The position numbers and the translations under genes are program-made. DNA of 64,000 bases, taken from sequence record PP239276.1; one strand, given 5' to 3'. Positions 16,081 through 25,822 of this stretch are shown here, piece after piece. Under the pieces are notes generated by a model. The model searched no databases and was not told the origin of the DNA. It worked only from the letters and a program-made list of their open reading frames with translations. Position 1 is the stretch's first letter. The number at the start of each line of letters is the position of its first letter. The stretch is from Escherichia phage BME3.

Positions 16081-16631
16081 TATAAAACTCCGTACTCCGG
16101 CTCAAAATCATATTTTTCACAAATCATGTCCCAGCGTTCGTTGCCGAAGCTGCGACCACAAATTGCATCGTAAGCATAATGCTCTGCTAACCATTTTACA
16201 ACAGTGTCTACATCATTATCAAGTGATAATCTGAATTCTTTGCCATAGCGCATACGAAGAACAAATTCATCCCCTTCTTCAAACAAGTGCATATGGCTTT
16301 TTGCATAAGAAGCCAGGTTGAAAAAAGATACCTCTTCCCAGCATTCTTTTTCCACTGCAATCCCGTGATCAACAACTAAAGCACCGATAACGCGATACAT
16401 AATAGGGCTAAACAGTGCGCTTGAGCTAGGCTGCTCTTCAACTATAGACCAACCTGTTCCCTGCCAAATTTCATTTTTGAACCATTGTTCCATGTTATTT
16501 CCTTTTTCGTCTACAAGGGATCGGTTACGCATTTCAAACCATTCCCCTTCGCAAAAGTATTTATGTTTAACACGTTTACCTTTTAACATTGCTTCTTTGG
16601 CTTCTACCCAAGTCAGATCGGTGTTTTGCAT
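16080..16631 (-). CDS. hypothetical protein (183 aa)
   Basis: ORF track 16080..16691 trimmed to ATG at 16631 (MQNTDLTWVEAKEAML) with RBS gaggag. Confidence 0.6.
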   Translation of the reverse strand: MQNTDLTWVEAKEAMLKGKRVKHKYFCEGEWFEMRNRSLVDEKGNNMEQWFKNEIWQGTGWSIVEEQPSSSALFSPIMYRVIGALVVDHGIAVEKECWEEVSFFNLASYAKSHMHLFEEGDEFVLRMRYGKEFRLSLDNDVDTVVKWLAEHYAYDAICGRSFGNERWDMICEKYDFEPEYGVL

Positions 16632-16663
16632 TCGTTTATCTCCTCTCATTTGTGTATGCATTA

Positions 16664-16691
16664 AGATTAGCACAATAAAACAGTATGTCAA
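16664..16691 (-). promoter_or_regulatory. sigma70-like promoter for minus block 16631..12428
   Basis: TTGACA (16686-16691), 16 nt, TAATCT (16664-16669). Confidence 0.45.
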
Positions 16692-16747
16692 TACTTGATC
16701 TGAAATTAGTTTCTGGTACTCTGTGTGTATCGTAACAAAAGAGGTAG

Positions 16748-17041
16748 ATGATGAACATTACTTTAGCAACTAAGAATATTTCTGAAACAATTAACGGTTT
16801 TGGTGTGATTGTAGCCTTGCACGGTAACAATGAGAAATGGTTGGCTTCTTTTGAAGAGGATCGGCAGCACAACATCATTTTAGACGCTCCTATAAAAGTT
16901 ATGCATATTGTTGGTGAAAGCAAAGTGCTCACTTCCTCCCGTTCAAGGGAACAAATTACAAATGAATTAGTAAAACTGCTTGACAATGTTCTTAACATGT
17001 TTGATGATGCTCCCACCAACACAAAACGTGTCTTAATGTGA
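16748..17041 (+). CDS. hypothetical protein (97 aa)
   Basis: ORF track; RBS aaagaggtag. Confidence 0.55.
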   Translation: MMNITLATKNISETINGFGVIVALHGNNEKWLASFEEDRQHNIILDAPIKVMHIVGESKVLTSSRSREQITNELVKLLDNVLNMFDDAPTNTKRVLM

Positions 17042-17053
17042 GAGGAGAACCAA

Positions 17054-17341
17054 ATGTATTATTCACAAGACGAAGTAGCAAACATTAAACTGGCAGTGGG
17101 CGATCTTATTGTGTCACCTAACTACTATTGGGATAACACAGATTTAGTTGAAGTAGTAACCTATGTTGGAGTTGAAGGTATTGTGCTCTACACACTAGGT
17201 GGAGGTGTTGTTGGGGAAATGGAACGTTATACGACAACGAAGAAACTGGTAAGCTCTTATCACATGTTTTTACACCAAGGTTCGGAAGAGTATACAGCTT
17301 TCTTGTTGAAATTAGATGCAGATCGGGAGAAGGCACGATGA
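17054..17341 (+). CDS. hypothetical protein (95 aa)
   Basis: ORF track. Confidence 0.55.
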   Translation: MYYSQDEVANIKLAVGDLIVSPNYYWDNTDLVEVVTYVGVEGIVLYTLGGGVVGEMERYTTTKKLVSSYHMFLHQGSEEYTAFLLKLDADREKAR

Positions 17342-17691
17342 AAATTGTACACGATGAAATTCAATTTGAAGAGAGTGATCTTCTTGATCTGGATGTGACA
17401 CTAAGTAAACTGATCTACAATGCACTTTCTGCGTATCGTGTAAAAGTGATAGCCACAAACAATGTTAAAATTCCTAGTGGGTTACTTCGTCGGATGTACC
17501 CACACGCTAAAGGTGATTATCTACCTTATATGGAAGAACGAGCAGCAGAACACTGGTTAGAAATTCTTGAAAAAATGGAGTCTTCTTTTAAGGACTCAAC
17601 TCCACCAGAAGAAGTTAATGAAAAACAGCGGCAAGATCGTTTAGAAGGTCGCATTTTGTTTGCTAAGTATTTTCATAACCTGTGGATGTAA
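17338..17691 (+). CDS. hypothetical protein (117 aa)
   Basis: ORF track; ATGA overlap with upstream gene. Confidence 0.55.
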   Translation: MKIVHDEIQFEESDLLDLDVTLSKLIYNALSAYRVKVIATNNVKIPSGLLRRMYPHAKGDYLPYMEERAAEHWLEILEKMESSFKDSTPPEEVNEKQRQDRLEGRILFAKYFHNLWM

Positions 17692-17703
17692 CAAGGAGTA
17701 AAG

Positions 17704-17859
17704 ATGGTTATCTACAAAAATAAGTTCACTGGCTGTCTGCGTAAATTTATTGACAAAAAAGGGTATGTTTCTGTTGACAATGGTGTTACGTGGGTGCAGA
17801 ATGGCACTTCAGAACAACTGGTCAAGGCTTTACCTTACTACGAGGAGTTTACAAAATGA
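17704..17859 (+). CDS. possible 51-aa protein
   Basis: Hand-translated; RBS caaggag; ATGA overlap with next gene. Confidence 0.35.
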   Translation: MVIYKNKFTGCLRKFIDKKGYVSVDNGVTWVQNGTSEQLVKALPYYEEFTK

Positions 17860-18056
17860 CAGAATGGGTAAAAGTAGAAGATCCATACGATATCCCACTA
17901 GGTGAGTATGTGGTGGTAATGGAAGATGGTGGAAAGGGGTATTGTGAAGTGCATAAAAGTATGTCTGGTAAGATTATTGTGGTGAACCATCATTTTCACT
18001 TTGATTACCCTCCTATTGTGGCATATATGCCTTTACCTAAATATGAAGGGGATTAA
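17856..18056 (+). CDS. hypothetical protein (66 aa)
   Basis: ORF track 17790..18056 trimmed to ATG at 17856 with RBS aggagtt. Confidence 0.5.
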   Translation: MTEWVKVEDPYDIPLGEYVVVMEDGGKGYCEVHKSMSGKIIVVNHHFHFDYPPIVAYMPLPKYEGD

Positions 18057-18203
18057 ATGTTATTCTTTAGACTTAATATTGCTTTCTGTTTGTTTGCAAA
18101 CATTGCATTCTGGGTATTAGGTAGTGTAAAATTAGGCTACTTCTTTACTGTACTGCAAGCTATTTGTTTAGCTGGTCAAATAATCACTAAGGGGCGAGTA
18201 TGA
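18057..18203 (+). CDS. possible 48-aa membrane peptide
   Basis: Hand-translated (MLFFRLNIAFCLFANIAFWVLGSV...); TAA-ATG and ATGA coupling to neighbours. Confidence 0.4.
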   Translation: MLFFRLNIAFCLFANIAFWVLGSVKLGYFFTVLQAICLAGQIITKGRV

Positions 18204-18628
18204 CACAACAAATCCAAGACAAATTTAATGAACTCTATCCAGCAAGCGAAAGCGGCACTCATAACGTGCGTAAATCGCTCTATAACGTCTTTAAAGCCGG
18301 ATGGGAGGCTTGCCTTCAGGCTCAAGAAGAACCAGCGTCAGGGACGCGTAACGGCTTTTATATCCCGATTGTTGAAAGTGAGGAAGGATGGGGTAGCAAA
18401 CATGATGGTTATATGGTAGGATTCACCATAGAAGATCTTGAAGAACGCCGTAAAGTCTTTGAGGCAGCTAATACAGAAAAGTATGGCTACTATTATGAAC
18501 GACCTGTTCGTTACATTCCTGTTGTGCTTAGTCCTAAAGCTGTTGAAACAATATCTGCAACAGAAAAAGAAAGGACTCGCCATTGTGTATGGTTTGATGA
18601 TATTGACGATTTTCGATTTGGAGAATAA
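18200..18628 (+). CDS. hypothetical protein (142 aa)
   Basis: ORF track. Confidence 0.6.
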   Translation: MTQQIQDKFNELYPASESGTHNVRKSLYNVFKAGWEACLQAQEEPASGTRNGFYIPIVESEEGWGSKHDGYMVGFTIEDLEERRKVFEAANTEKYGYYYERPVRYIPVVLSPKAVETISATEKERTRHCVWFDDIDDFRFGE

Positions 18629-18631
18629 TTT

Positions 18632-18904
18632 ATGAAAAATAAACACCCTTACTATAAACTATTGCATGTACTGCGCCGATTGCGCAATAAACAGATTGAA
18701 GATTTCCGTCACTTCAAACGTGATCGTGTGAATCGTAAGTGGATGGATCATCGTTTCTTCTCTTTAACTGTACGTAAGTTCCGTGAAGAGATTAAGAAGA
18801 CAGACCAGGTAATTGCAGGTGCTAAACGTGCAATCTCTATGTCAAAAATCACAGGTGTAAATCATATGTACGACTTCAAAACAGATTCTGTTGTACCTAT
18901 GTAA
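18632..18904 (+). CDS. hypothetical basic protein (90 aa)
   Basis: ORF track. Confidence 0.55.
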   Translation: MKNKHPYYKLLHVLRRLRNKQIEDFRHFKRDRVNRKWMDHRFFSLTVRKFREEIKKTDQVIAGAKRAISMSKITGVNHMYDFKTDSVVPM

Positions 18905-19068
18905 AAGTATTTTGTAAAGTTTTGTGGAGAGTATTGACTTTTTCAGAAAAACATGCTACCCTAAACCTGAAAGGTGACGAGCGAAGCGAGTTAGTATTCT
19001 CTATAGATATTGTTCCTGTCACTCATGGAGGGGCAGGAACAGAGTATATTACTGTATAGGAGAATACT

Positions 19069-19335
19069 ATGGATGTTACTACACTAAGGTTTATACTTCT
19101 CTTCTTACTTATAGTTATAGGATTAATTGTTATACCCTATCTATATGTCTACATGTTATCTCGTAAGTATGGTTATGATCGTATACCATTTTACTATTTA
19201 ATACCTGTCTTAGTTATCTATCTATTTCTCTTTTGTAGATATTGTCCTGAATTAGTTCCTGAACATTGGAAGTTAGAACCTGTTGAAGTTTACCATTGTG
19301 AATGGAAGACAGAATACAGATCTAACAGTAATTAG
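19069..19335 (+). CDS. membrane protein (88 aa)
   Basis: ORF track; TM-like LRFILLFLLIVIGLIVIPYLYVYML; RBS aggaga. Confidence 0.55.
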   Translation: MDVTTLRFILLFLLIVIGLIVIPYLYVYMLSRKYGYDRIPFYYLIPVLVIYLFLFCRYCPELVPEHWKLEPVEVYHCEWKTEYRSNSN

Positions 19336-19395
19336 TTATTGACTCTATCTACTAAATAATCTAGACTCTATGTAAAATTTACTAAGGAGACTACT

Positions 19396-19560
19396 ATGCA
19401 AAACATTTCTATCACTAAAACAAAAAGATCTGTACCTAAACTTACTCACTCTACATACCCTGTTATCATCCGTAAAGGAAAAGAATGGATTAAAGATGAT
19501 CATGGTGGTTATGTAGAAGTGTCAAAGCTGAAAGAAGCAGAAGTTAACTTTGTACGCTAA
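19396..19560 (+). CDS. possible 54-aa protein
   Basis: Hand-translated; RBS aggaga. Confidence 0.35.
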   Translation: MQNISITKTKRSVPKLTHSTYPVIIRKGKEWIKDDHGGYVEVSKLKEAEVNFVR

Positions 19561-19570
19561 GGAGTAGACT

Positions 19571-19864
19571 ATGACTGAAGAATTTAAGCAATGGTTTGAT
19601 AAAAACTTTCCACCACATATGTGGCCTAACGAAGAAGAACGTCAAGAAGTGATGATCTACACTTGGCTTGCCTGGCGGGATGGTATCCGTAGCAAAGAAG
19701 CCCAGGAAGAGGAACCTATTGCTTACATCTTTAAACATCCAGCAGGTAAGTTGTTTTGGGCTTTAACAGATGAAAGTAATAAAGATCATGATGATGTTAT
19801 TCCTGTATATACCAAGAACAATGTAAAGGATCAATCAGATGACAATGTACAGCATATGGGGTAG
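19571..19864 (+). CDS. hypothetical protein (97 aa)
   Basis: ORF track; RBS aaggag. Confidence 0.55.
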   Translation: MTEEFKQWFDKNFPPHMWPNEEERQEVMIYTWLAWRDGIRSKEAQEEEPIAYIFKHPAGKLFWALTDESNKDHDDVIPVYTKNNVKDQSDDNVQHMG

Positions 19865-20321
19865 AATGGGCGAAGACCATGATTACTATTGCTTGAAAAG
19901 TAATGTTGAACAGGCAGATGTTGATAAAATCATAAAGCACTACCTAAAAACGTGGCGTGAAGTGGAGTTTAGAGAGTTTGCTATCCTCCATAGTCAAGAA
20001 GGAGAAAAGGAGATAGACATGAGTACACTAACTAAAGCAGTACAAACGCATAAAGAATATGAGGAAGCAGTTAAAGATGAAGTAAACCCTACTTCACTGA
20101 CCTTCGAAAACCTTACCCCTTTGTTTTGGTCATATGATGGTAATGAAATTTTTACACATGATACACCAGAGGCTGTTAAAAATTGGGAAGGCTGTTGTAA
20201 TTCCTATGAGGTGTTATATGTCGTAGAAGAAGATGATACGTACATTATGTTCCGCATAGATAACGGTTGTGGTGATCAATGGGACATTGTTCTTTCTAAA
20301 CATTTGCAATTGGGTGGTTAA
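19839..20321 (+). CDS. hypothetical protein (start uncertain, 19839 or 19868)
   Basis: ORF track. Confidence 0.5.
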   Translation: MTMYSIWGRMGEDHDYYCLKSNVEQADVDKIIKHYLKTWREVEFREFAILHSQEGEKEIDMSTLTKAVQTHKEYEEAVKDEVNPTSLTFENLTPLFWSYDGNEIFTHDTPEAVKNWEGCCNSYEVLYVVEEDDTYIMFRIDNGCGDQWDIVLSKHLQLGG

Positions 20322-20322
20322 A

Positions 20323-20685
20323 ATGCTAAAGTACCTGATGATCACTTGGTTATGCTTACTTTCATTTGCGGGACATGCAACAGAGGGTTTTAAACTTGGT
20401 GCTGACGGTACTAAATTCTTTACATATTGGGGTGGGAAAGCCTTATACCAAGAAGAAAAGAATAGCATAGAGTGTACGGTTAGTAAGAAGATTAAATCAG
20501 TAGATCAATATGGGGATGCCTATACTGGTGTAGGTTTTAACTGTGGAAAAGATTTATTTCTATTTGTTAAGAAGTATTTAGATGTTAACCTTGTATTGCT
20601 TATTGTTGTAGATCCTGCTAAGTTTGAAGAGCGTAAAGCATATCGTGCAGATATGTTCTTAGAATATGATGATAAGGAGAAATAA
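20323..20685 (+). CDS. secreted protein (120 aa)
   Basis: ORF track 20269..20685 trimmed to ATG at 20323; signal-peptide-like MLKYLMITWLCLLSFAGHA. Confidence 0.55.
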   Translation: MLKYLMITWLCLLSFAGHATEGFKLGADGTKFFTYWGGKALYQEEKNSIECTVSKKIKSVDQYGDAYTGVGFNCGKDLFLFVKKYLDVNLVLLIVVDPAKFEERKAYRADMFLEYDDKEK

Positions 20686-21036
20686 ATGCTTGATGTAACT
20701 ATTAATGGTGTTAAATATATCCCTTATGTAGAGAAAAGCAATCCTGATGCCCTGGATGTTATGTTTGAGGATTCAGATCTTGGTACTGTCACTGTACGGG
20801 AATATTTCCGACAACTACTCTCTACGTTATGGAGAGAAGAAGAGTGTTTTAATGGTAAACGTCCATTTGGTAACTCATGCTGGCAATTTGATATGATCCG
20901 CGCCTTAATTGAGGCAGGGTATATTGAAGGTACAGTTGTGTACGATGAAGATGGATATCCAGAAGAAACTGACTACGACAGTAAAGAAGCTAATAAATTT
21001 ATACAAGGCTTGATCGCGCAGATGTGTTTGGGTTAA
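20686..21036 (+). CDS. hypothetical protein (116 aa)
   Basis: ORF track. Confidence 0.55.
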   Translation: MLDVTINGVKYIPYVEKSNPDALDVMFEDSDLGTVTVREYFRQLLSTLWREEECFNGKRPFGNSCWQFDMIRALIEAGYIEGTVVYDEDGYPEETDYDSKEANKFIQGLIAQMCLG

Positions 21037-21037
21037 T

Positions 21038-21424
21038 ATGAAAGTATTAAATTTTTACCACTTAGGTAAAGTAATACCTGAAGGTGCAGTGTACATTGGC
21101 AGAGCTATGCCTCATATGGGGTTAAAAGCCTCAAAGTTTGCAAATCCTTTTAAGTTAAAGGATGATGAACCACGAGGATCAACTATACAAAGATATAAAG
21201 AGTGGTTGTGGGAACAAATTCGTTGTGGTAAAATCACTCTTGAGGATTTGTTAGAATTGGAAGGGAAAGACTTAGTTTGCTTCTGCTCACCTCAACCTTG
21301 TCATGGTGATGTGTTGGTAGCAGCGGTTGCTTGGGCTAGAACAGAGTGGGATAAAAGGCATCCTACTTACACAGATGATTATTGGATTTGGGAGGATATT
21401 TATGAAGACTACACAAGAAATTAA
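21038..21424 (+). CDS. hypothetical protein (128 aa)
   Basis: ORF track. Confidence 0.55.
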   Translation: MKVLNFYHLGKVIPEGAVYIGRAMPHMGLKASKFANPFKLKDDEPRGSTIQRYKEWLWEQIRCGKITLEDLLELEGKDLVCFCSPQPCHGDVLVAAVAWARTEWDKRHPTYTDDYWIWEDIYEDYTRN

Positions 21425-21767
21425 CGTATTTGATCTGTCAGGTTTAGATATGGAAAAAGCAACCCTGTATCATCACGATAAAGATAACATTACGTACATC
21501 TACATCGGAGCAGATAAATATAACATTCCTGAAAACTCCCTAGCGGTAATGAAGGAAGGGGATATGCCTTTGCAAGAGAAGATGCTTGGTTTTTCCTTTC
21601 GTCAAGATGTTAAGATGGATGGTGTTATTGCTGTCTTCCAGGTGGACGAGTTTTATATGGTTACTTTTGTCACACCAAATTTCACCAATATCAATGGGGA
21701 AGAGGCAGCAAACGATGTTATTCTTCTAACGTTGGGTAATGCCTTAAAAGATTTAGAAAACGTTTAA
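21402..21767 (+). CDS. hypothetical protein (121 aa)
   Basis: ORF track 21327..21767 trimmed to ATG at 21402 with RBS ggagga. Confidence 0.5.
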   Translation: MKTTQEINVFDLSGLDMEKATLYHHDKDNITYIYIGADKYNIPENSLAVMKEGDMPLQEKMLGFSFRQDVKMDGVIAVFQVDEFYMVTFVTPNFTNINGEEAANDVILLTLGNALKDLENV

Positions 21768-21788
21768 TAAACCAATAAGGAAAATATA

Positions 21789-22304
21789 ATGTTTTTTGAT
21801 GCTCAATCTCCACTTGTTGACTCTGTAAGCAGAGCGGTAATATATCCAGACTTTGATGAAAGAGAAATATGGCTTAAGGAACACCATTATAATCCAGAAA
21901 ATGTCAACTGGTGCAATCTGGATGTTGGTAAGTATTCGCGAGATAAGGGCATCTTGAAATATTATGCTTGCTATACGGTGGATAACATCTATGAATACTA
22001 TGTGTTTCGTAGTTTGATTATCCATCTAAATAAATTGGGTGCTCTAACAGGGGATTCTCAATTCACTCTAGGCCACTATAAACCATTTAAGAAAGGTGGA
22101 GAGCACTTTCCAAGCAATTGGATTATACAAACATTAAAAGATAATTCTCGTGCTAGTGATGTTATCCCGGACAAAAAAGAAAAGTGGACATGGCATGAGC
22201 AAATGGAGTATATTATACAACATATGCCACAACGTGTATTGTATGAGGAAAAGTTGGTCAACCGTTGTGCCGAGTTAATACAAATTGTTAAGGGGTTTTA
22301 CTAG
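21789..22304 (+). CDS. hypothetical protein (171 aa)
   Basis: ORF track. Confidence 0.6.
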   Translation: MFFDAQSPLVDSVSRAVIYPDFDEREIWLKEHHYNPENVNWCNLDVGKYSRDKGILKYYACYTVDNIYEYYVFRSLIIHLNKLGALTGDSQFTLGHYKPFKKGGEHFPSNWIIQTLKDNSRASDVIPDKKEKWTWHEQMEYIIQHMPQRVLYEEKLVNRCAELIQIVKGFY

Positions 22305-22312
22305 GGGGAAAT

Positions 22313-22789
22313 ATGTCTAAACGTTTTGGTCGTAATCAAAAAAGAAAGTTAAATGCGCAACTAGCAGCTTTGCAAAAAGAGGTTAACACTTTACAAAAAA
22401 GTGTTTGTGAACTTAAGGAACAAAACCAACTTGAAAAAGAGTGTATTCAGCTTACACAGGAAGTTATTGGGGAGTATTTCCCTTCACTAATTCCTAAGAA
22501 GGTGGCTCTTAGGGAAAATCTACCTTTTACCTTATCCTTGATGCAAACAAGGGATAGATTCCAAACTGAAACTGATGATTTGATGTTTGCAATGCATCAA
22601 TTACGTGGTTTAGAATATACAGCACAAGTGGATAAACTTCGTAACATGCTATATGTGCGGGTAGAAACACCTAAAGGTGAGACAGTAGCGTTTAATTATA
22701 ATTTCCAACAGCTACCTGATCATATTATTGAACAAATTTTAAAACGAGATTTTGTTCCTATGCTTGTTAAACAAATTAAGAGAGGTTGA
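22313..22789 (+). CDS. hypothetical protein with coiled-coil N-terminus (158 aa)
   Basis: ORF track. Confidence 0.6.
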   Translation: MSKRFGRNQKRKLNAQLAALQKEVNTLQKSVCELKEQNQLEKECIQLTQEVIGEYFPSLIPKKVALRENLPFTLSLMQTRDRFQTETDDLMFAMHQLRGLEYTAQVDKLRNMLYVRVETPKGETVAFNYNFQQLPDHIIEQILKRDFVPMLVKQIKRG

Positions 22790-22790
22790 A

Positions 22791-24527
22791 ATGGCTAAGA
22801 AAGAGTTGAGTTTTACTCCAACAGAAGAGCAAACAGCTATTAAGGAGGCTTTTCCAGATCATCGGTTTTTAACTATCCAAGCTAAATCTGGATCAGGAAA
22901 AACGTCAACACTTTATTTGCTGGCTAACAGTACAGAAGATCGCATTCTTTACTTAGCTTTCAATAAAAGCATGGCAGAAGAAGCACGGCGTAAGATGCCA
23001 CCAAATGTAGAATGCCGTACATTGCATTCCATTTGCTATCAATTCCTGGATCATCGTTTACGTGCAAAACTGTCACGACCAGAAGGACAGTATGTTAACG
23101 TTGCAGGTACAGGTAGCGAGATAGCAAAGAAATTTAAGATTAATAATCTTATTGATAAACGAGGGAAAACACTGTTAACTCGTGCTATGATTGGTTTAAT
23201 GATCAAGCAAACCGTAGGTAAGTTTGAATTTTCGGATGATCCTTTTATCAGCCGTAAACATTTTCCTAGTGTACATCTTGCAGATATTAAAAGAAAAGGT
23301 ATTAACGAACACAAACTAATTACAGAAGTAGTTAAGTATGCAAAACAATTGTGGCGAGAGCGCATCGATCCTAATACAGATACTTTGATGACGCATGACA
23401 CCTATGTAAAATTGTTTGAATTGTCTGGTGCTGATCTTGGTTATGATATTATTTTTGGTGATGAATTCCAAGATGTTAACCCTGCATTCTTGTCTATTCT
23501 GCGAAATGCTAAATCTGCAAAACAAGTAGTAGTGGTGGGTGACGAATATCAGAGCATCTACCAGTTCCGTGGAAGCCAAAATATGATGAAGGAAACATCT
23601 ACATATGGGGCAGAGCTTCCATTAACTGCTTGCTTCCGTTTTGGCCCCAAAGTGGCAAACATTGCCAATATGATTTTAAGCGATAAAGAACCTTTGCGTC
23701 ACCCTTTGGTTGGTAAAGGCTTTGATACTGTAGTAGGTAGCTACAAATCAGATGTTGTAGACTATACAAAACCTTACACTATCATCTTTCGCAAGAATTT
23801 AACCTTGCTTATGGAGGCAATGGATCGTATTGCAGATGGGGAAGAAATTATTATTAACGTAGATACCAGGGATTTTATCTCTATGGTAGATAGTGTTAAT
23901 GCTCTTCGGAGAGGAGATATTGAGAAAGTAAAACATGAAACTGTATTACCTTACGCAGACTGGAATGAATTTGTTGAGTGTGCAGAGGCTGATCCAGATG
24001 CTAAACGCTTGTTAAACATCGTAGTTTCTGGTAAGGCAAACACTATAGCACATACACTTAGAACGCATAGAAATTCTCCTACAGCAAAAGTCACACTAAC
24101 TACAGCACATAAGTCTAAAGGTTTGGAGTGGGATCAGGTTATTGTTGCTAATGATTTTCCTTCCAACTATGATAAAAAGACTGGTGAATGGGTAGGACTG
24201 GAAGAGGCAGAGCGAAACCTGCTGTATGTAGCACATACCCGTTGTGTTAAATGCTTACAATGGAATACAACCGTACAGGAGATTATAGATATCAATCGTG
24301 TTGCAACAGAGAAAGTACCAACAAGCACCACTTTACCGATCAATGGTATTAAACTTGGTGTATTTGGCGCTGGCACATCTCGAAAAGCTGTAGAAAAATT
24401 TGTTGCAGATTCTTTTGATGGTAACTATAATCATGCACAAGCATATGAGAGTTGGCTAGAGGAAGGTGAAGGTGATTTTTTAGGTGAAATAAATCTTTTA
24501 CCAGATATAAATAAACTGGTAAACTAA
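22791..24527 (+). CDS. SF1 DNA helicase, UvrD/RecD-like
   Basis: Walker A AKSGSGKTST, motif II IIFGDEFQD, C-terminal TAHKSKGLEWD; start trimmed to ATG 22791. Confidence 0.75.
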   Translation: MAKKELSFTPTEEQTAIKEAFPDHRFLTIQAKSGSGKTSTLYLLANSTEDRILYLAFNKSMAEEARRKMPPNVECRTLHSICYQFLDHRLRAKLSRPEGQYVNVAGTGSEIAKKFKINNLIDKRGKTLLTRAMIGLMIKQTVGKFEFSDDPFISRKHFPSVHLADIKRKGINEHKLITEVVKYAKQLWRERIDPNTDTLMTHDTYVKLFELSGADLGYDIIFGDEFQDVNPAFLSILRNAKSAKQVVVVGDEYQSIYQFRGSQNMMKETSTYGAELPLTACFRFGPKVANIANMILSDKEPLRHPLVGKGFDTVVGSYKSDVVDYTKPYTIIFRKNLTLLMEAMDRIADGEEIIINVDTRDFISMVDSVNALRRGDIEKVKHETVLPYADWNEFVECAEADPDAKRLLNIVVSGKANTIAHTLRTHRNSPTAKVTLTTAHKSKGLEWDQVIVANDFPSNYDKKTGEWVGLEEAERNLLYVAHTRCVKCLQWNTTVQEIIDINRVATEKVPTSTTLPINGIKLGVFGAGTSRKAVEKFVADSFDGNYNHAQAYESWLEEGEGDFLGEINLLPDINKLVN

Positions 24528-24537
24528 GGGGGTTAAA

Positions 24538-24789
24538 GTGGCAGGGTATCATTTGAAGGAGATTAGCAAAGAGGACTATGGTTCTGTTGCTAAGATTCAA
24601 GAAGAGCTTTATGAACTTCAGGATGCTATTGATCAAGATTGCAAGCTGATGCAACTTATTGAGTTATCAGATATTGTAGGCGCTGTTGAAGGTGTTCTTG
24701 AACAGCATTTTCCTGATATGACGCTTCAAGATTTGATCACTATGTCAAACATTACTAAACGTGCATTCCGCAGCGGAGGTCGATCATGA
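24538..24789 (+). CDS. MazG-like NTP pyrophosphohydrolase (small all-alpha type)
   Basis: IQEELYELQDAI and downstream acidic motif resemble MazG EExxE/ExxD pattern. Confidence 0.4.
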   Translation: MAGYHLKEISKEDYGSVAKIQEELYELQDAIDQDCKLMQLIELSDIVGAVEGVLEQHFPDMTLQDLITMSNITKRAFRSGGRS

Positions 24790-25358
24790 ATGTTGCAGTA
24801 ATAGCTCAAGCTATTGATTACTATGGTCGGTTTGCACAAATGTTGGAAGTTCCATATCTCGTGGATGCTGATATACTGGCGTACACACTACCAGAAAATA
24901 AAGAGGATCGCCCATTAGGGCATCCTAACGGTAAATACTATGTAGCCAGTGCAGAACAATCTTTCCTGCAAATGGAGAAGGATGGTTTTGAATTTGCAGC
25001 AGGTAATCCGTATATGGCACTAACACCATGTTACCGTACAGAAGAAAATTTAGATGATACTCATTTTAATATTTTCTTGAAATTGGAGTTGATTGAGTTC
25101 TACCCTGATGCTACAATTGAAGAGTATGCTAACGCTATGCGCTGTTTCTTCTCTACTTATTATGGAGTTAAAACATATTTAGTACCCACTAATATTGGGG
25201 TTGACGTAGAGGATGAATATGGTTTAGAATTAGGTTCATTCGGTATGAGGGAGTCTCCAAAAGGTCATCCTTATATCTATGCAACAGGTATTGCAGAGCC
25301 TAGGGCTTCACTGGCAATAAACCGTGTTGTAAACAAGACTCAAAGCATTAGCAAATAA
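24786..25358 (+). CDS. hypothetical protein (190 aa)
   Basis: ORF track; no confident motif. Confidence 0.55.
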   Translation: MNVAVIAQAIDYYGRFAQMLEVPYLVDADILAYTLPENKEDRPLGHPNGKYYVASAEQSFLQMEKDGFEFAAGNPYMALTPCYRTEENLDDTHFNIFLKLELIEFYPDATIEEYANAMRCFFSTYYGVKTYLVPTNIGVDVEDEYGLELGSFGMRESPKGHPYIYATGIAEPRASLAINRVVNKTQSISK

Positions 25359-25370
25359 GAGGAGAATAGA

Positions 25371-25805
25371 ATGTCTATTGTGACACAAATGAAAGCAGAT
25401 CGTATCTTAGCACGTACAACCGATAAGGGTGCTTTTGCTTTGTTAACTAATATTATTGGTGAGTTTGACCTTGCTCGTACTCAAAAGGCAAATCTAAACA
25501 AATCAGAAGACGATATTATGATTAACATTGTTAAGATTGGTATTGCACACGCTAAAGAGGAACTAGACTCGCTTAAGAAAGTTAATGCCTCCATTAGCAA
25601 ATGTGAGCGAGCTATGCGTGATATCACCACTCTGGAAAAATATTTGCCAGAAATGCTATCTGAAGATGATCTTCGAGCTATTGCTGAAGAATTTGCCTTG
25701 ACAGGCAAGAAAATGCCAGATATGATGAAACACCTTAAAGCAGAGTATCCGAATCAATATGATGGAAAACTTGCTTCTACCATTGCAAAAGAAATTTTAA
25801 ACTAA
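25371..25805 (+). CDS. GatB/YqeY-domain protein
   Basis: KYLPEMLSEDDLRAIAEEF and C-terminal GKLASTIAKEIL fit YqeY family pattern. Confidence 0.55.
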   Translation: MSIVTQMKADRILARTTDKGAFALLTNIIGEFDLARTQKANLNKSEDDIMINIVKIGIAHAKEELDSLKKVNASISKCERAMRDITTLEKYLPEMLSEDDLRAIAEEFALTGKKMPDMMKHLKAEYPNQYDGKLASTIAKEILN

Positions 25806-25822
25806 TTTAGAAGGAGAACATA

